Below, in pieces: positions 50,360 to 62,500 of a stretch of 64,000 nt of DNA (the stretch's first letter is position 1; each line of letters starts with the position of its first letter). Source of the stretch: Takakia lepidozioides (Eukaryota; Plantae; Bryophyta); NCBI GenBank assembly GCA_030704615.1, contig CM060731.1:38378001-38442000 (forward strand), given 5' to 3'. The position numbers were made by a program, and so were the translations under genes. The notes beneath the pieces were generated by a model, which was not told the DNA's origin, searched no databases, and worked only from the letters and a program-made list of their open reading frames with translations.

Positions 50360-53300
50360 TCACTTACTACGGAACCGGTCTACAAAATCTACTTTCCTGG
50401 CAAGGGACATGTTGTTTCCATCATCATTTTTTATGAATGGAACTGCTTGAAGAGGGTGCAACAGACCTTTGTCGATTCTAACTTGTAAAGTGGACAGCCT
50501 CCCACGAACACAACGAAGCTCGGCAAGCAAATGTTTGCGCATTGTTTCACTCTCATTGCCAAGAAGCGACAGGGACTTCATCTCAGATTCAATTGATGAA
50601 ACATCCGATGGCTCCTGCCGACCACGCTGGGATGATGCTGAGCACTCCGTAGGCTCTGCTAGATTCACAACTTCCTCCTCTGCATCAATATCTGGAAGTT
50701 CCGATTTCATCAACATGTGAAGACCTCCATGAATGGTCCCGAGCTTTGTGCCACAGAGCTTCACAATAAGCCCTTCCTTCAGATTTGGCTTCATCAATTG
50801 AAGAACGCGGATTTGATGTTTGCACAAGTTACCCTTCAAAGCCCATGGACAATCGCAACAAGCCCAGGTGGTCGCAGGTGCATAGATTGTGTAGCTTCGA
50901 CCGGCCGTTTGAACACTATCCACAATCGCCGGATGACCAGGAACAGTGGGCAAATGAACATTGACATCAGGGATCTCCCTTGCAGTCCAAACAACATTAC
51001 TGATAAATTCCTCCTGTCGTACATTCCTTTTGAAGCCTTTCGATTTCAAGTTATCTCTATACCAATAGTGGGTTAGAACAGGACCCACGAGTTCGCTGAT
51101 CAGCCAATCGATTCTCCTGCCATCAAGCCTTTGCTTTCCCGAGCGTAAACGAGCCTTCAAATTTCCGTGCCAAGATTCAATTGCGGCATTAGTATCCTGA
51201 CTTGCGTGGGGAATATAACGAGCCCCCGTGATCCACATGCTCAGTTTTGGGACCCATTCCATTCTGATGTAATGTAGGAAGTCACGCGCAAGCGGATAGG
51301 AATAATTCAAATCTTCCAGTCGCTCCAGCGCCCACTCTTCTGGGGTGACTCCCACACAGGCGTTAATGCCGTACATTACGTCGCCAAGCTGTTTCAAAAC
51401 AGCATTGCGAGTGTATGGATCGGGCATCTTACGCCACGAATGTTTCAGCCAAGCGCGGCGAACATGCCAAAGGCATAGAAATATCGCTACGTCCCCAAAC
51501 GATTCCCTGCACGCACACACATCAAATGCCACCCAATCCATCAGTGTAACTCTTGTCAGTGTAACTCTTATCAGAGGAACTCTTCGCAGTGTAACTCGTA
51601 GAAGTGTAACTCTTCAAAGTGTCACTCTTAGTAGTGTGACTCATGTAACCCCTCGTGCATCTGGTCATGTAACTATCAGTGAAACTCACAGCAGTGTAAC
51701 CCAACACATATAACCCCTCGCAGCGCTGTAACGCAATCCATGTTACACCGTGTAACTCTCAGAGCGACCCAACCCATACAACCCTCTGCGATGCTCCCAG
51801 TGTAACTCACAGGCTATAGCAGTGCAACCTAATCCATGGAGGACTGCGGATGACACGCCGTGTAACTCCTAGTGTAACTCGCAGTGTAACCCTCTGTCTA
51901 CCTCATAGCAGTGTAACCCTCGGTCTAACTCACAGCAGTGTAACCCTCCGTCCAACTCAAGGCAGTATAACCATCTGTCTAACTGATAGTGTAACCCTCA
52001 GTGTAACAGACAGCACTGCAACCCAATCCATGTAACCCCTCAAGCAACTGACAGTGTAACTCCAAGTGTTACAGGCAGCAATGCACCCCCTCGTGTAACT
52101 GGCAGTTTAACTCTTACTGTGATTCTCAGTGTAACTAGCAGCAGTGTAGCCCGATCCATGAAACCCCTCGTGCATGCAACTTGTAGTGTGAATTACTGTG
52201 TGACTCAGAACATTGTAACTTCTAGCCGTGTACCTGATAGCATTGATTTCTGCGTCTGCATCGTCGACAACAAAAGCATTTGGCCTCCAATCTGGTTTGC
52301 TCTGAAGAAGTCGGTCGCGAAGACGTTTCATCCAGGGGCTCAAGTCAGTCGTTTTGTTTCTCGCTGATATAATATAAGCAACAGGTATGCCGTTGAGCCA
52401 TTCGTCGAACACCATCATGGTATACATTGGGAACTGCAATGTCGCAATGGTACAAAAATGAATAAGGTGAGTGTTATAATATTGGCAACAGTTGCATGGC
52501 ACTCACATTTCAGAATGCAATGAAAGGTAAAGCGTGACACGAATACCTTATTTTTGTTGGTCCCAAATGTTGCATCGCAGGATACCACACGGTTGTGTCC
52601 CAGGTCGATCATTCTGTTTTTGCCACTCCGTTTGTATTCCAATTACGAACTTCAAATCACCCGCCACTGGCGCTGTCTCTTCATGGTAGAAGAAGACGCT
52701 TTCAAGATTGCTATCGACCCACATACGTACACTTTGTGCATCATCTGGATGTTTTTTGTAACTCTCAATCGCAAGCTTGTCGGCAATGTTTCTCACGTCG
52801 TACTCGAACAAGAAACAATCGCGACTCCACTCCATGCCTGGCTGAGATGCACAAGCTTCCTGGAGCTGTTGAGTGTGTTGTGTCATAATCATAGCTGGAG
52901 ATAGGCCACTGCGAAGACTATCGACGACCACTGTTTTATATCTTGGCTGAGACGAGGGGCATGCACGAATCGCGAGAAATGGGAAGAGGGGTCAGCTGAA
53001 CCATGACATGGCTTTCCTTTTGCATCCACATGCTGTTTCTGGAAGTATGTGATGATTGCCAACTCTGAATCTAGAAAACACTGGCCAACTTTGAAGCTAC
53101 ACGTACACCCACGTTTGTATGACTCTCCGAAATCCGCTGTCTTACGTCTGATTCGCTTGACTGGTTTTTGATTATCGGAGGTTGCTATCGGTTTTTCTTT
53201 CTTCTTCACAATCGGCGGGTCCGTGCGCCTATCTATCGGGCCGTAGCAGCAGTGGTACCTGCAAAAAAAGCATATAAAGCGAGGAGGTTATCGCCATATA

Positions 53301-53740
53301 CGACTTTGCTAGGCCAGCAGAAAGAAGTGGGGTGGGAATGTTATACAACCCTCATAAGTGACTTACTTATGCCACTGACGATAACTGTTTGCACGCGGTG
53401 TTGTCAAATCTGGCAACTCACGGTACCTTCGATCTTGAACATAAAATTGGGTCTTCCCATCCACTCTACTCCTTTCTCCCTCCAGAAAACCAGGAATGCG
53501 AGACCATGGAACGACAGCTACTTCGATGGATATCCGTTTCCCTTTTCCCTGGGAAACCTGGCGTATCCAACGGAGGTTTGTGTGATTGAAAAGCCCGTCT
53601 ATGGGCAGCTGTAGGATGCATTTCAAATGAGATACCAAATGCTGCAAATGACAGAGTTCTCCCGCCTCATCTTTCAAACCATTTGATTCCAATGCTGCTT
53701 TGCGTTCCTCGTCTAGCACCTTCGCGGAAGCACATGCCAT
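50360..53740 (-). pseudogene. MULE DDE transposase with SWIM zinc finger, two frameshifts (about 52930 and 52615); exons 53740-53367, 53258-52547, 52433-52234, 51506-50360
   Basis: YHCCYGP...KRGCTCSF...H...CHG...HAP N-terminal region; VIGIQTEWQ; catalytic D1 (SCDATFGTN), D2 (FVVDDADAE), CxxH (CLWHVRRAW) and E (TNAAIESWH); SWIM motif CDCPWALKGNLCKH. GT-AG introns are phase-consistent. Confidence 0.9.
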
Positions 53741-54239
53741 TAGCAGCAACAGTACCACCAGTACAGTACAAATCGCATAACACACGCGGGCAACGCAGCG
53801 GAGCCCTCGGGACTGCACGTCGTCTACGCACCTGGTGAAAAATGACGAGCGATGATGGAGTTACACGTGGGTTTTGATGTCACCGAATCGTGTAACCCAG
53901 GTTTGAATTCAAAATATCTGACACCTCTTGGAGCCCGCCAATTTTTGCCGGGCACCAAGGGGCTACACGAACAAGGGTGACATGCGTTGGGGATAAAGGA
54001 TCCGGGGTGACACGAGCTATAAGTGACACAATCGGGGGATACACGGAGGGGATTGATATAGTATCGGGGTTACATGGTGGGGTTACAATGTGAGAGTTAC
54101 ACAATGAGGGTTACACGAGGCGGAGCTAAAGGGCTAACGTGTAGAGGGTTACAGGGATGATGGGGTTACAAGGAACTGGAGTTACACGGAGAGGGGTATA
54201 TGGGATAACATGATACAAGCTTACATTGGGGTTACACGA

Positions 54240-57200
54240 TGCAGGATAAATGGAGTGAGGGTTACACCCCGCGGAGTAACAGAGGGTTACATGGGTTACA
54301 AAGGGTTACAGAGGGTCATGGGATTACATGGGTTACAGAGGGTGACATAGGGTTACATGGGAGGGTTACATGGAGTGAGGGTGACACTCAGTGGTGTTAC
54401 AGAGGGATAAACGGGTTACGGAGGGTTACATGGTGGTGAGGGTTACACCTGGTGAGGATTACAGAGGGTCACAGAGGGTCACAGAGGGTCACAGAGGGTT
54501 ACATGGAGTGAGGTTACACAGGGGTGAGGGTGACACTCTACGGTGTTATTGAGGGTTACTGAGGGTTACATGGTGGTGAAGGTTACACCTGGTGAGGGTT
54601 ATAGAGGGGAGGGTTACATGGGTTACAGAGGGTCAGAGAGGGTAACATGGAGTGAGGGTTACATGGGTTACACAGGGTCACAGAGGGTTACATAGGGTCA
54701 CAGAGGATTACATGGGTTACAAGGAGTGAGGGATTCATAGGGATGGGGGTGACACTCTGCGGTGTTACAGAGGGTTACATGGTGGTAAGGGTTACACCTA
54801 GTGAGGGATATAGAGGGTCACAGAGGGTTACATGGATTACAGAGGGTTATAGAGGGTCAGAGAGGGTTACATAGAGTGAGGATTACATAGGGGTGAGGGT
54901 GACATTCTGCGGTGTTACAGAGGGTTACATGGTGGTGAGGGTTACAAAGGGTCACACAGGGTTACATGGGTTACAGAGGGTTACATGGAGTGAGGGTTAC
55001 ATAAGGGGTGAGGATGACACTCCGCGGTGTTACTGAGGGTTACATAAGGGGTACAGAGCCACACTGAGGGTTACATGGGGATGAGGGTGACACTCTGCGG
55101 TGTCACAGAGGGTTTGTGAGGGTTACGGAGAGTTACATGGTGGCGAGGGTGACACTCTGCGGTGTTACGGAGGGTTACATGGTGGTAAGGGTTACACCTG
55201 GTGAGGGATATAGAGGGTCACAGAGGGTTACATGGATTACAGAGGGTTACATGGTGATGAGGGTTACAGAGGGTCAGAGAGGGTTACATGGAATGAGGGT
55301 TACATAGGGGTGAGGGTGACACTCTGCGGTGTTACAGAGGGTTACATGGTGGTGCGGGTTACAAAGGGTCACAGAGGGTTACATGGGTTACAGAGGGTTA
55401 CATAAGGGGTGAGGGTGACACTCCGCGGTGTTACAGAGGGTTATATGGGTTACAGAGCCACAGAGGGTTTGTGAGGGTTACGGAGGGTTACATGGTGGCG
55501 AGGGTGACACTCTGCGGTGTTACAGAGGGTTACATGGTGGTAAGGGTTACACCTGGTGAGGGATATAGAGGGTCACAGAGGGTTACATGGTGGTGAGGGT
55601 TACAGAGGGTCAGAGAGGGTTACATGGAATGAGGGTTACATAGGGGTGAGGGTGACACTCTGCGGTGTTACAAAGGGTTACATGGTGGTGAGGGTTACAA
55701 AGGGTCACAGAGGGTTACATGGGTTACTGAGGGTTACATGGAGTGAGGGTTACATAAGGGGTGAGGGTGACACTCCGCGGTGTTATAGAGGGTTACATGG
55801 GTTACAGAGCCACGGAGGGTTTGTGAGGGTTACATGGGGATGAGAGTGACACTCTACGGTGTCACAGAGGGTTTGTGAGGGTTACGGGGGGTTACATGGT
55901 GGCGAGGGTGACACTCTGCGGAGTTACAGAGGGTTACATGGTGGTAAGGGTTACACTTGGTGAGGGATATAGAGGGTCATAGAGGGTTTCATTGGTTACA
56001 GAGGCTTACATGGGTTACAGAGGGTTACATGGTGGTGAGGGTTACATGGGTTACAGAGGGTTACATGGAGTGAGGATTACATGGAGTGAGGGTTACATAA
56101 GGGTTGAGGGTGACACTCCGCGGTGTTACTGAGGGTTACATGGGTTACAGAGCCACACTGAGGGTTACATGGGGATGAGGGTGACACTCTGCGGTGTCAC
56201 AGAGGGTTTGTGAGGGTTACGGAGGTTTACATGGTGGCGAGGGTGACACTCTGCGGTGTTACAGAGGGTTACATGGTGGTAAGGGTTACACCTGGTGAGG
56301 GATATAGAGGGTCACAGAGGGTTACATGGGTTGCAGAGGGTTACATGGTGGTGAGGGTTACAAAGGGTCACAGAGGGTTACATGGAATGAGGGTTACATA
56401 GGGGTGAGGGTGACGCTCCGCGGTGTTACAGAGGGTTACATGGGTTACAGAGGGTTACATGGAGTGAGGGTTACATAAGGGGTGAGGGTGACACTCCGCA
56501 GTGTTATAGAGGGTTACATGGGTTACAGAGCCACAGAGGGTTTGTGAGGGTTTCATGGGGATGAGGGTGACACTCTGCGGTGTCATAGAGGGTTTGTGAG
56601 GGTTACGGAGGGTTACATGGTGGCGAGGGTGACACTCTGCGGTGTTACAGAGGGTTACATGGTGGTAAGGGTTACCTCCGGTGAGGGATATAGAGGGTCA
56701 CAGAGGGTTACATGGGTTGCAGAGGGTTACATGGTGGTGAGGGTTACAGAGGGTCAGAGAGGGTTACATAGGGGTGAGGGTGACACTTTTCGGTGTTAAA
56801 GAGGGTTACATGGTGGTGAGGGTTACAAAGGGTCACAGAGGGTTACATGGGTTACAGAGGGTTACATAAGGGGTGAGGGCGACACTCTGCGGTGTTACAG
56901 AGGGTTACATGGGTTACAGAGCCACAGAGGGTTTGTGAGGGTTACATGGAGTGAGGGTTACATGGGATGAGGGTGACACTCTGCGGTGTCACAGAGGGTT
57001 TGTGAGGGTTACGGAGGGTTACATGGTGGTGAGGGTGACACTCTGCGGTGTTAAAGAGGGTTACATGGTGGTGAGGGTTACAGAGGGTCATGGGGTTATA
57101 TGGGTTACAGAGGGTGACATGGTGGTGTGGGTTACACTCGGCGGAGTTACAGAGGGTTACATGGGGGGTGATGGTTGAACCCGGGGCGGGGGTTACAGGA

Positions 57201-57397
57201 ACTGGCGGACTGGTGTCGCAGAATGACGACGCAGGGGCCGATGACGCGCCTGGGCGACGACGCCGATGGGATGAGGGCGGGGGTGGGGAGGGATTGACCG
57301 AGCCCAGCCGGCTGCCTTTCGATGTACCGGCGGTACGGGTGTCAGGGCTGGACTGACGCGCTTGCATTAAGTTCTTACATTATTCCTATTATCTTCC
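54240..57397. repeat. Right TIR: about 3-kb modular GGGTTACA array plus unique end
   Basis: Modules AGGGTTACAT, GAGGGTTACAG, GGTGGTGA and GGGTGACACTCTGCGGTGTTAC. Degenerates gradually inward toward about 53860. Confidence 0.95.
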
Positions 57398-58871
57398 ATC
57401 AACAACAATCATCTGGGCTACATGCCACTATTCAGTTTTACAATTGCAAATCAGCAAAGTGCTCTACAAGGGGCCCAATTAAACTTGGGCATGTATGTAT
57501 GAAATCAAATCAAACAGTTGCTGGGTAAGTTACTTATTTCCAAGCGATATGCACAACCCAAAATCTAGATACTACCCACCTAATCTAGAACCTCAGCCTA
57601 CCCAAGGAAAGCATGTGGTGAAGCAGCGATCATCAGCAGAGACGTGGGGGAAGAAAGAGAGAGAGTGCATGTCAACGCCCACACATGGCAGTGGCATAAT
57701 GGGTACAGAGATTCAAGCCACAGTGTGGATCAGGATTCAGACTCCCGTGATAACACATCCACCGAGGTAGTGGGCCCCTGGGAAAGTTGATAGGCTGATC
57801 TTTTCATGTTTATCGCCACATTTATGGTTGTACCTTAGCACCCCACGGATATGCGTTGCTTGGGAGGAAATCAAATCGATTTGCTTTGTTTCCCGGGCCT
57901 GTTGTAATGTGTGGACTGTGAAAATGCACACGAGGTGGGCTTTGTACTAAGCATCCGAGGAAATTGTGCTTTCTCTAAAAGAGAAGGAGTGAAACGAAGA
58001 GGAACGAAGAGGGTGTTTCGCTAGTGAAAAGTAGCTCTCAGAAATTATCATTTGAGCAACGTGGGCGGAAGAGCACATGTAGGCCTCAGTTCAGCGACCC
58101 AGCTCAACTGCCATATCACACCAGTCAGAGTCTTACAGTGTTATATGCAGTTGCATCAGATGTGAAGTTCCATGGAAGCTGCAAAGTCACCCACACTCTC
58201 TTATCGTTTCCAAGTCAATGTGCGGGAGAAGTAGACTTTGGTGAGGGAGACGTGGCTGAGAGGCGGCAGTCAGATGGTGGTGCTACAGTAATGCGAGCAG
58301 TTAGCAAACGGTGGGCCAATGAAAGCGCTAGATTCTTGGACAGTTGCAGTGCTTGTGGGCAGATTCTTGCATCTTCTGGGTCCCCTTGTGGCGGCCGCTG
58401 CCATCGCAGGCGTTGGGTAGTGGAGGGAATTCTCAAGACGTGGTTTTGTCCCATTCCTGGACTCAAGCTGCTGCTTGATGCTTCATTTTTCTGCTCTTTG
58501 AGTCTCTGGTTCTTTTTGTCTGTCGAGCAGTATGGTCATCCCAACTGTTTCATTCATCGCAGGCTGCCGCACTCTGCGTGAGAGCTCCGGAGATGGAGCA
58601 CGTTGAGACGCTCAGGTCTTCAATCCGGACAGGAACGAGAGAGAGATCGAGATAGAGACAGAGATTGGGACGTAGACAACTTGCGATATCAATCCCAGCG
58701 ATTGAATCAAGCAAGGCTCGGCTTGCATTAACCACACCCTACGTAGGTGGGATACATGTTGACAAGGGTGTTGAGTAGAGGAGATAGAGGCAGATCAAAG
58801 GGCATTCAACCCAACTGGCCTGTACTTGCCAATAGGGAGCTTGCCTGAGACTCTGCATTGGACGAAAGAGG

Positions 58872-59517
58872 ATGCCATTCTGCGACGTAGAAGGGTATGT
58901 TGAGCAGGATGCGACTGGAAACTCCAGTCATGAGAGTGTGCGACTCTTCTATCAGCTATATGGTCATGCGGATACCAAGGTGTTGCTCATAACTGGTGCG
59001 CCCTCACACCTTCACTACATTGGCCATTTTTTTCTTGGTCCAGTAGTGCCTTGATGATTCTCCAATCAGAAGTATGTATTTGTAGATCGCGCTATCCGCA
59101 AAGAGAGATTGTTGTATCGAGAAGCCTAAGCCGAGTAATGTATGACAGGTGTGGCAGCCACTCATGATTCGTGGGGTCCCCAATTGGTCGGTCTGTGTGG
59201 CACCGATGTACCGAACGACCAAGAAGAACGGAAGACTGCAATTCCTGTCAGAGACGGTGATGGGGATCATGCAGAAGATAATATGAGCGCGTCCGGAAGG
59301 AATTCGATCGGTGATGGCAATACACAAACAGAGGAGACAGCTACTTCCGGATATGGAGTGCAGGTGTGCACCTTTGACAACCGAGGTGTTGGGCGAAGCT
59401 CCAAACCGAGACACAAACATAAATACACGTAGGAAACGTGCACCCCGACTGTTTCTAGACTATTCTGATCTCATCAGATTCGTTGCAAGCTAATTATCGC
59501 AGCTTTTGTCTGACCCT

Positions 59518-59561
<44 letters not shown>

Positions 59562-62500
59562 GGTGACAGGCTCGCACCAACAAACTATCGTACTATCATG
59601 GTGTCCTCATTACTTGCTAAACTGTTTGGGGCAGTAGTGGCCATGGAACTGGATGATTGGGCTGAGTACTCTCGCATTCGTGCTGAGGGACAGGCTGGTT
59701 TCCATCGCAACAGATCCACTATTGACCACATCTTCACTCTTCAGGTTATGGTGGAAAGTGCACGCTATGACAAAAGAATGGTCTATGTTTGCTTCGTGGA
59801 CTTTCACAAAGCCTTTGATTCAGTTCCTCGGGACCTTCTCTTCCAACGGCTCCATAGAGTGGAAGTCCCTCCAGACATCCTTTGTGCCATCTCTTCTATG
59901 TATGAGATTGTCACTGGCATGGTCAACGTCGCTGGTGAATTCTCAGCCGAGATCCACAGCAACATTGGAGTCAAACAGGGCTGCCCCTTTCACCTACCCT
60001 GTTCGGGATCTACATTGACGCCTTGGAGAATTACATATCAAAAAACCATGGGGTTGGGGTCCCATTGGATGGGGGACCAACCCAATCAGATCTCCTCTAC
60101 GGTGATGATGTTGCCCTTTTGGCACAATCCCTGGTCTTTCTGCAACGCCATCTCAAAATTTTGGAACAGTTCTGCAAAGACTATGGGATGCAAGTCAATC
60201 TTAGCAAGACCAAGATCATGGTCTTCAATGGCCAGGCTGATCGTAGATTCAGGAAATTGAGATTGTGAAATCATACCGGTACCTGGGTCTGGTTATCCAC
60301 TCCCCCAAGTTTCACTTTGCAGCCACTGCCTTGGACGGATTGACTAAAGGTAAGGTGGCCTCCGTCCGCCTTCAGGCCAAATGCAAGCAAATACATCTGC
60401 GGCATCCCCCGACCAAAAAGTGGCTGTTTGACACCGTTGTCAGCCCTGCTACTATCTATGGTTGTGAGTTCTGGGCACCTGGTGTCCCTGTCTCCTGGTG
60501 GGAAAAGAATTTGGAACCATTACAGTCATCTTTTCTCCAAGCAATGCTTGGCGCCAGGAGCACAACTCCATCTCAGATCCTAGGTGCAGAGTTCGCATGT
60601 GTACCATTGCAATCCGAGGCCCTCTTCAGGCTTACAATCTTTCTCCATAGATTGCAGGCCAAGGGCTAGTGGCAAGGGCCCTCACAACATCTATGAGGCT
60701 CAAAGCTGCAGGTTTCAGGAACTCCTGGTATGCTTGAGTGGACAGTTTATTTCAACGTAACGGACTTTCTACTGCTTTCCTATTACCAATGAACCCAGAT
60801 GAGGTGGACATCACATCCCGACATGACCGCAACAGACTCATTCGGAGAGAGCTTATGGAATTACATGTCAAGAGAACTTGGAAGCTACCCAATCTCACGA
60901 CAAAGCTCCACTTCTATCGAGAGACATTCTTGGTGCTCCGCGATGATAGAATCTTGAGACCAAATTACCTTTCAGCACCCTTATCTCCTTCCCTCCTGAG
61001 GGCATTGGGGTGGTTCAGGGTGGGTTCCCACAACCTACGGATAGAGACTGGCAGATGGGAAAACCTGCAACGGGATGACCGCCTATGTCCAGCTTGCATA
61101 GTACGCAGCAAGGAAATTGAAACTGAAGAACAGTTTTTCTTCTACTGCCCTCTATACTACGAGATCCGTGGGAGATTCCACTGTTTATTCAGTGGAACCC
61201 AAACTCTCACTGATGTCTTTCACTATGAGGATAAAAAATGCTTGGCAGCCTACCTACACGAGGCCTTCACCCTTAGACAATCGCTAGAACATTAATTGTG
61301 GTTTCTGGATTTGTTCCTCTCTCATGTGTTCTTCCATTTTGTCCCATAAGCTCTATGAGCTTTCCACGTACGTTATAAAGCACCGTTTAATTTCATTTCA
61401 TTTCATTTCTACCAATAGAATGTACTCATAAGACGTTGTTTGCCGTAGCCTTGTGGCCATTGAGACTGGTAGGTGGGACAACCTGCAACGTGAGGATCGC
61501 CTGTCCTCTCCCCTTGAGCTGGAAATAACATTGAAATCAAAAGTGAAGGACATTTCTTCTTTCACTGTCCTCTCTACTATGAGATCCGTGGGAGATTCTA
61601 CTGTCTATTCTGAGATACCCAATCTCTCACATAAGGCTTCCATTACTAGGATCAGAAATGTCTAGCAGCATATCTGCATGAGGCGTCGACTCTTAGACAA
61701 TCCCTTGGACAATAGTTGTTTCTGGGCCGCTTGTGGGGGGAAGGGGGGGTGTCTATCTTTTTTCTTCATGCTTTCTCTTGTCCCATAAGCTCGGCTACGG
61801 CAAACAACCTCTTATGAGTACAATCTCTTGTCCCATAAGCTCACTGAGCTTTCAGCAGACGTTATAAGTATCATTCCACGTCTCTCTTTTTCTCTTGAGA
61901 TTGGCACATACCTTGATAAGACATGAGGATGGGATTCGCCCAGCTTGCACCATGCAAGAACTGGAGACCTATCATCATTATTTATCTCCTAACCAGCTCA
62001 TTCTATCTGCTCGCTATTTCATCACAGGCTGTTCAATATCTGGCAGAGGTATTAGATTTGGATACAAAATGCGCAGCTTGCCTTCATGAGACGCCCGTCT
62101 TCATGCAGCACTCTAGGCATGGCTTTGTTCTTTATGTGTGCCTGTCCTATAAAGACTGCTTAGGTACTCATCATTAGCAAGCTAACTTGCTGACAGACAC
62201 CAGGATGGGGCTGTTTTGAACCTGAACTGCTGAAGTGAAGATGATTGGACCATTCAAACAAAACTGGACTTCAAACTATGTGTCCCAACATGGAAGTTAG
62301 AAGTTTGAGTTTCTTTCTCCTAAGAACATGTAGTGAACTAACTGAGAAACGTAGAAAATTTTCTTATATGTACTCTAATTTGGTGGCATCACCTCACAAC
62401 CGTCACCTCCCCCTCCCCATGCAGGTCCAGTGACCATTCCTGCCTTATTTCTTATTAAGGTCAAGTTAACAAGGAGCTTGAGAAATGAAGGATCTTGAGA

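Larger units (their letters stand above)
39940..57397. mobile_element. Complete 17.46-kb Mutator-like (MULE, Foldback-style) DNA transposon
   Basis: 9-bp TSD ATCAACAAC at 39931-39939 and 57398-57406. The first 45 bp (GGAAGATAATAGGAATAATGTAAGAACTTAATGCAAGCGCGTCAG) are a perfect inverted repeat, and imperfect similarity continues into kb-long arrays. Contains a MULE transposase. Confidence 0.95.

Noticed and set aside
58024-58735. ORFs upstream of the hydrolase
   Set aside because: No domain signatures. Likely promoter or 5' UTR sequence.
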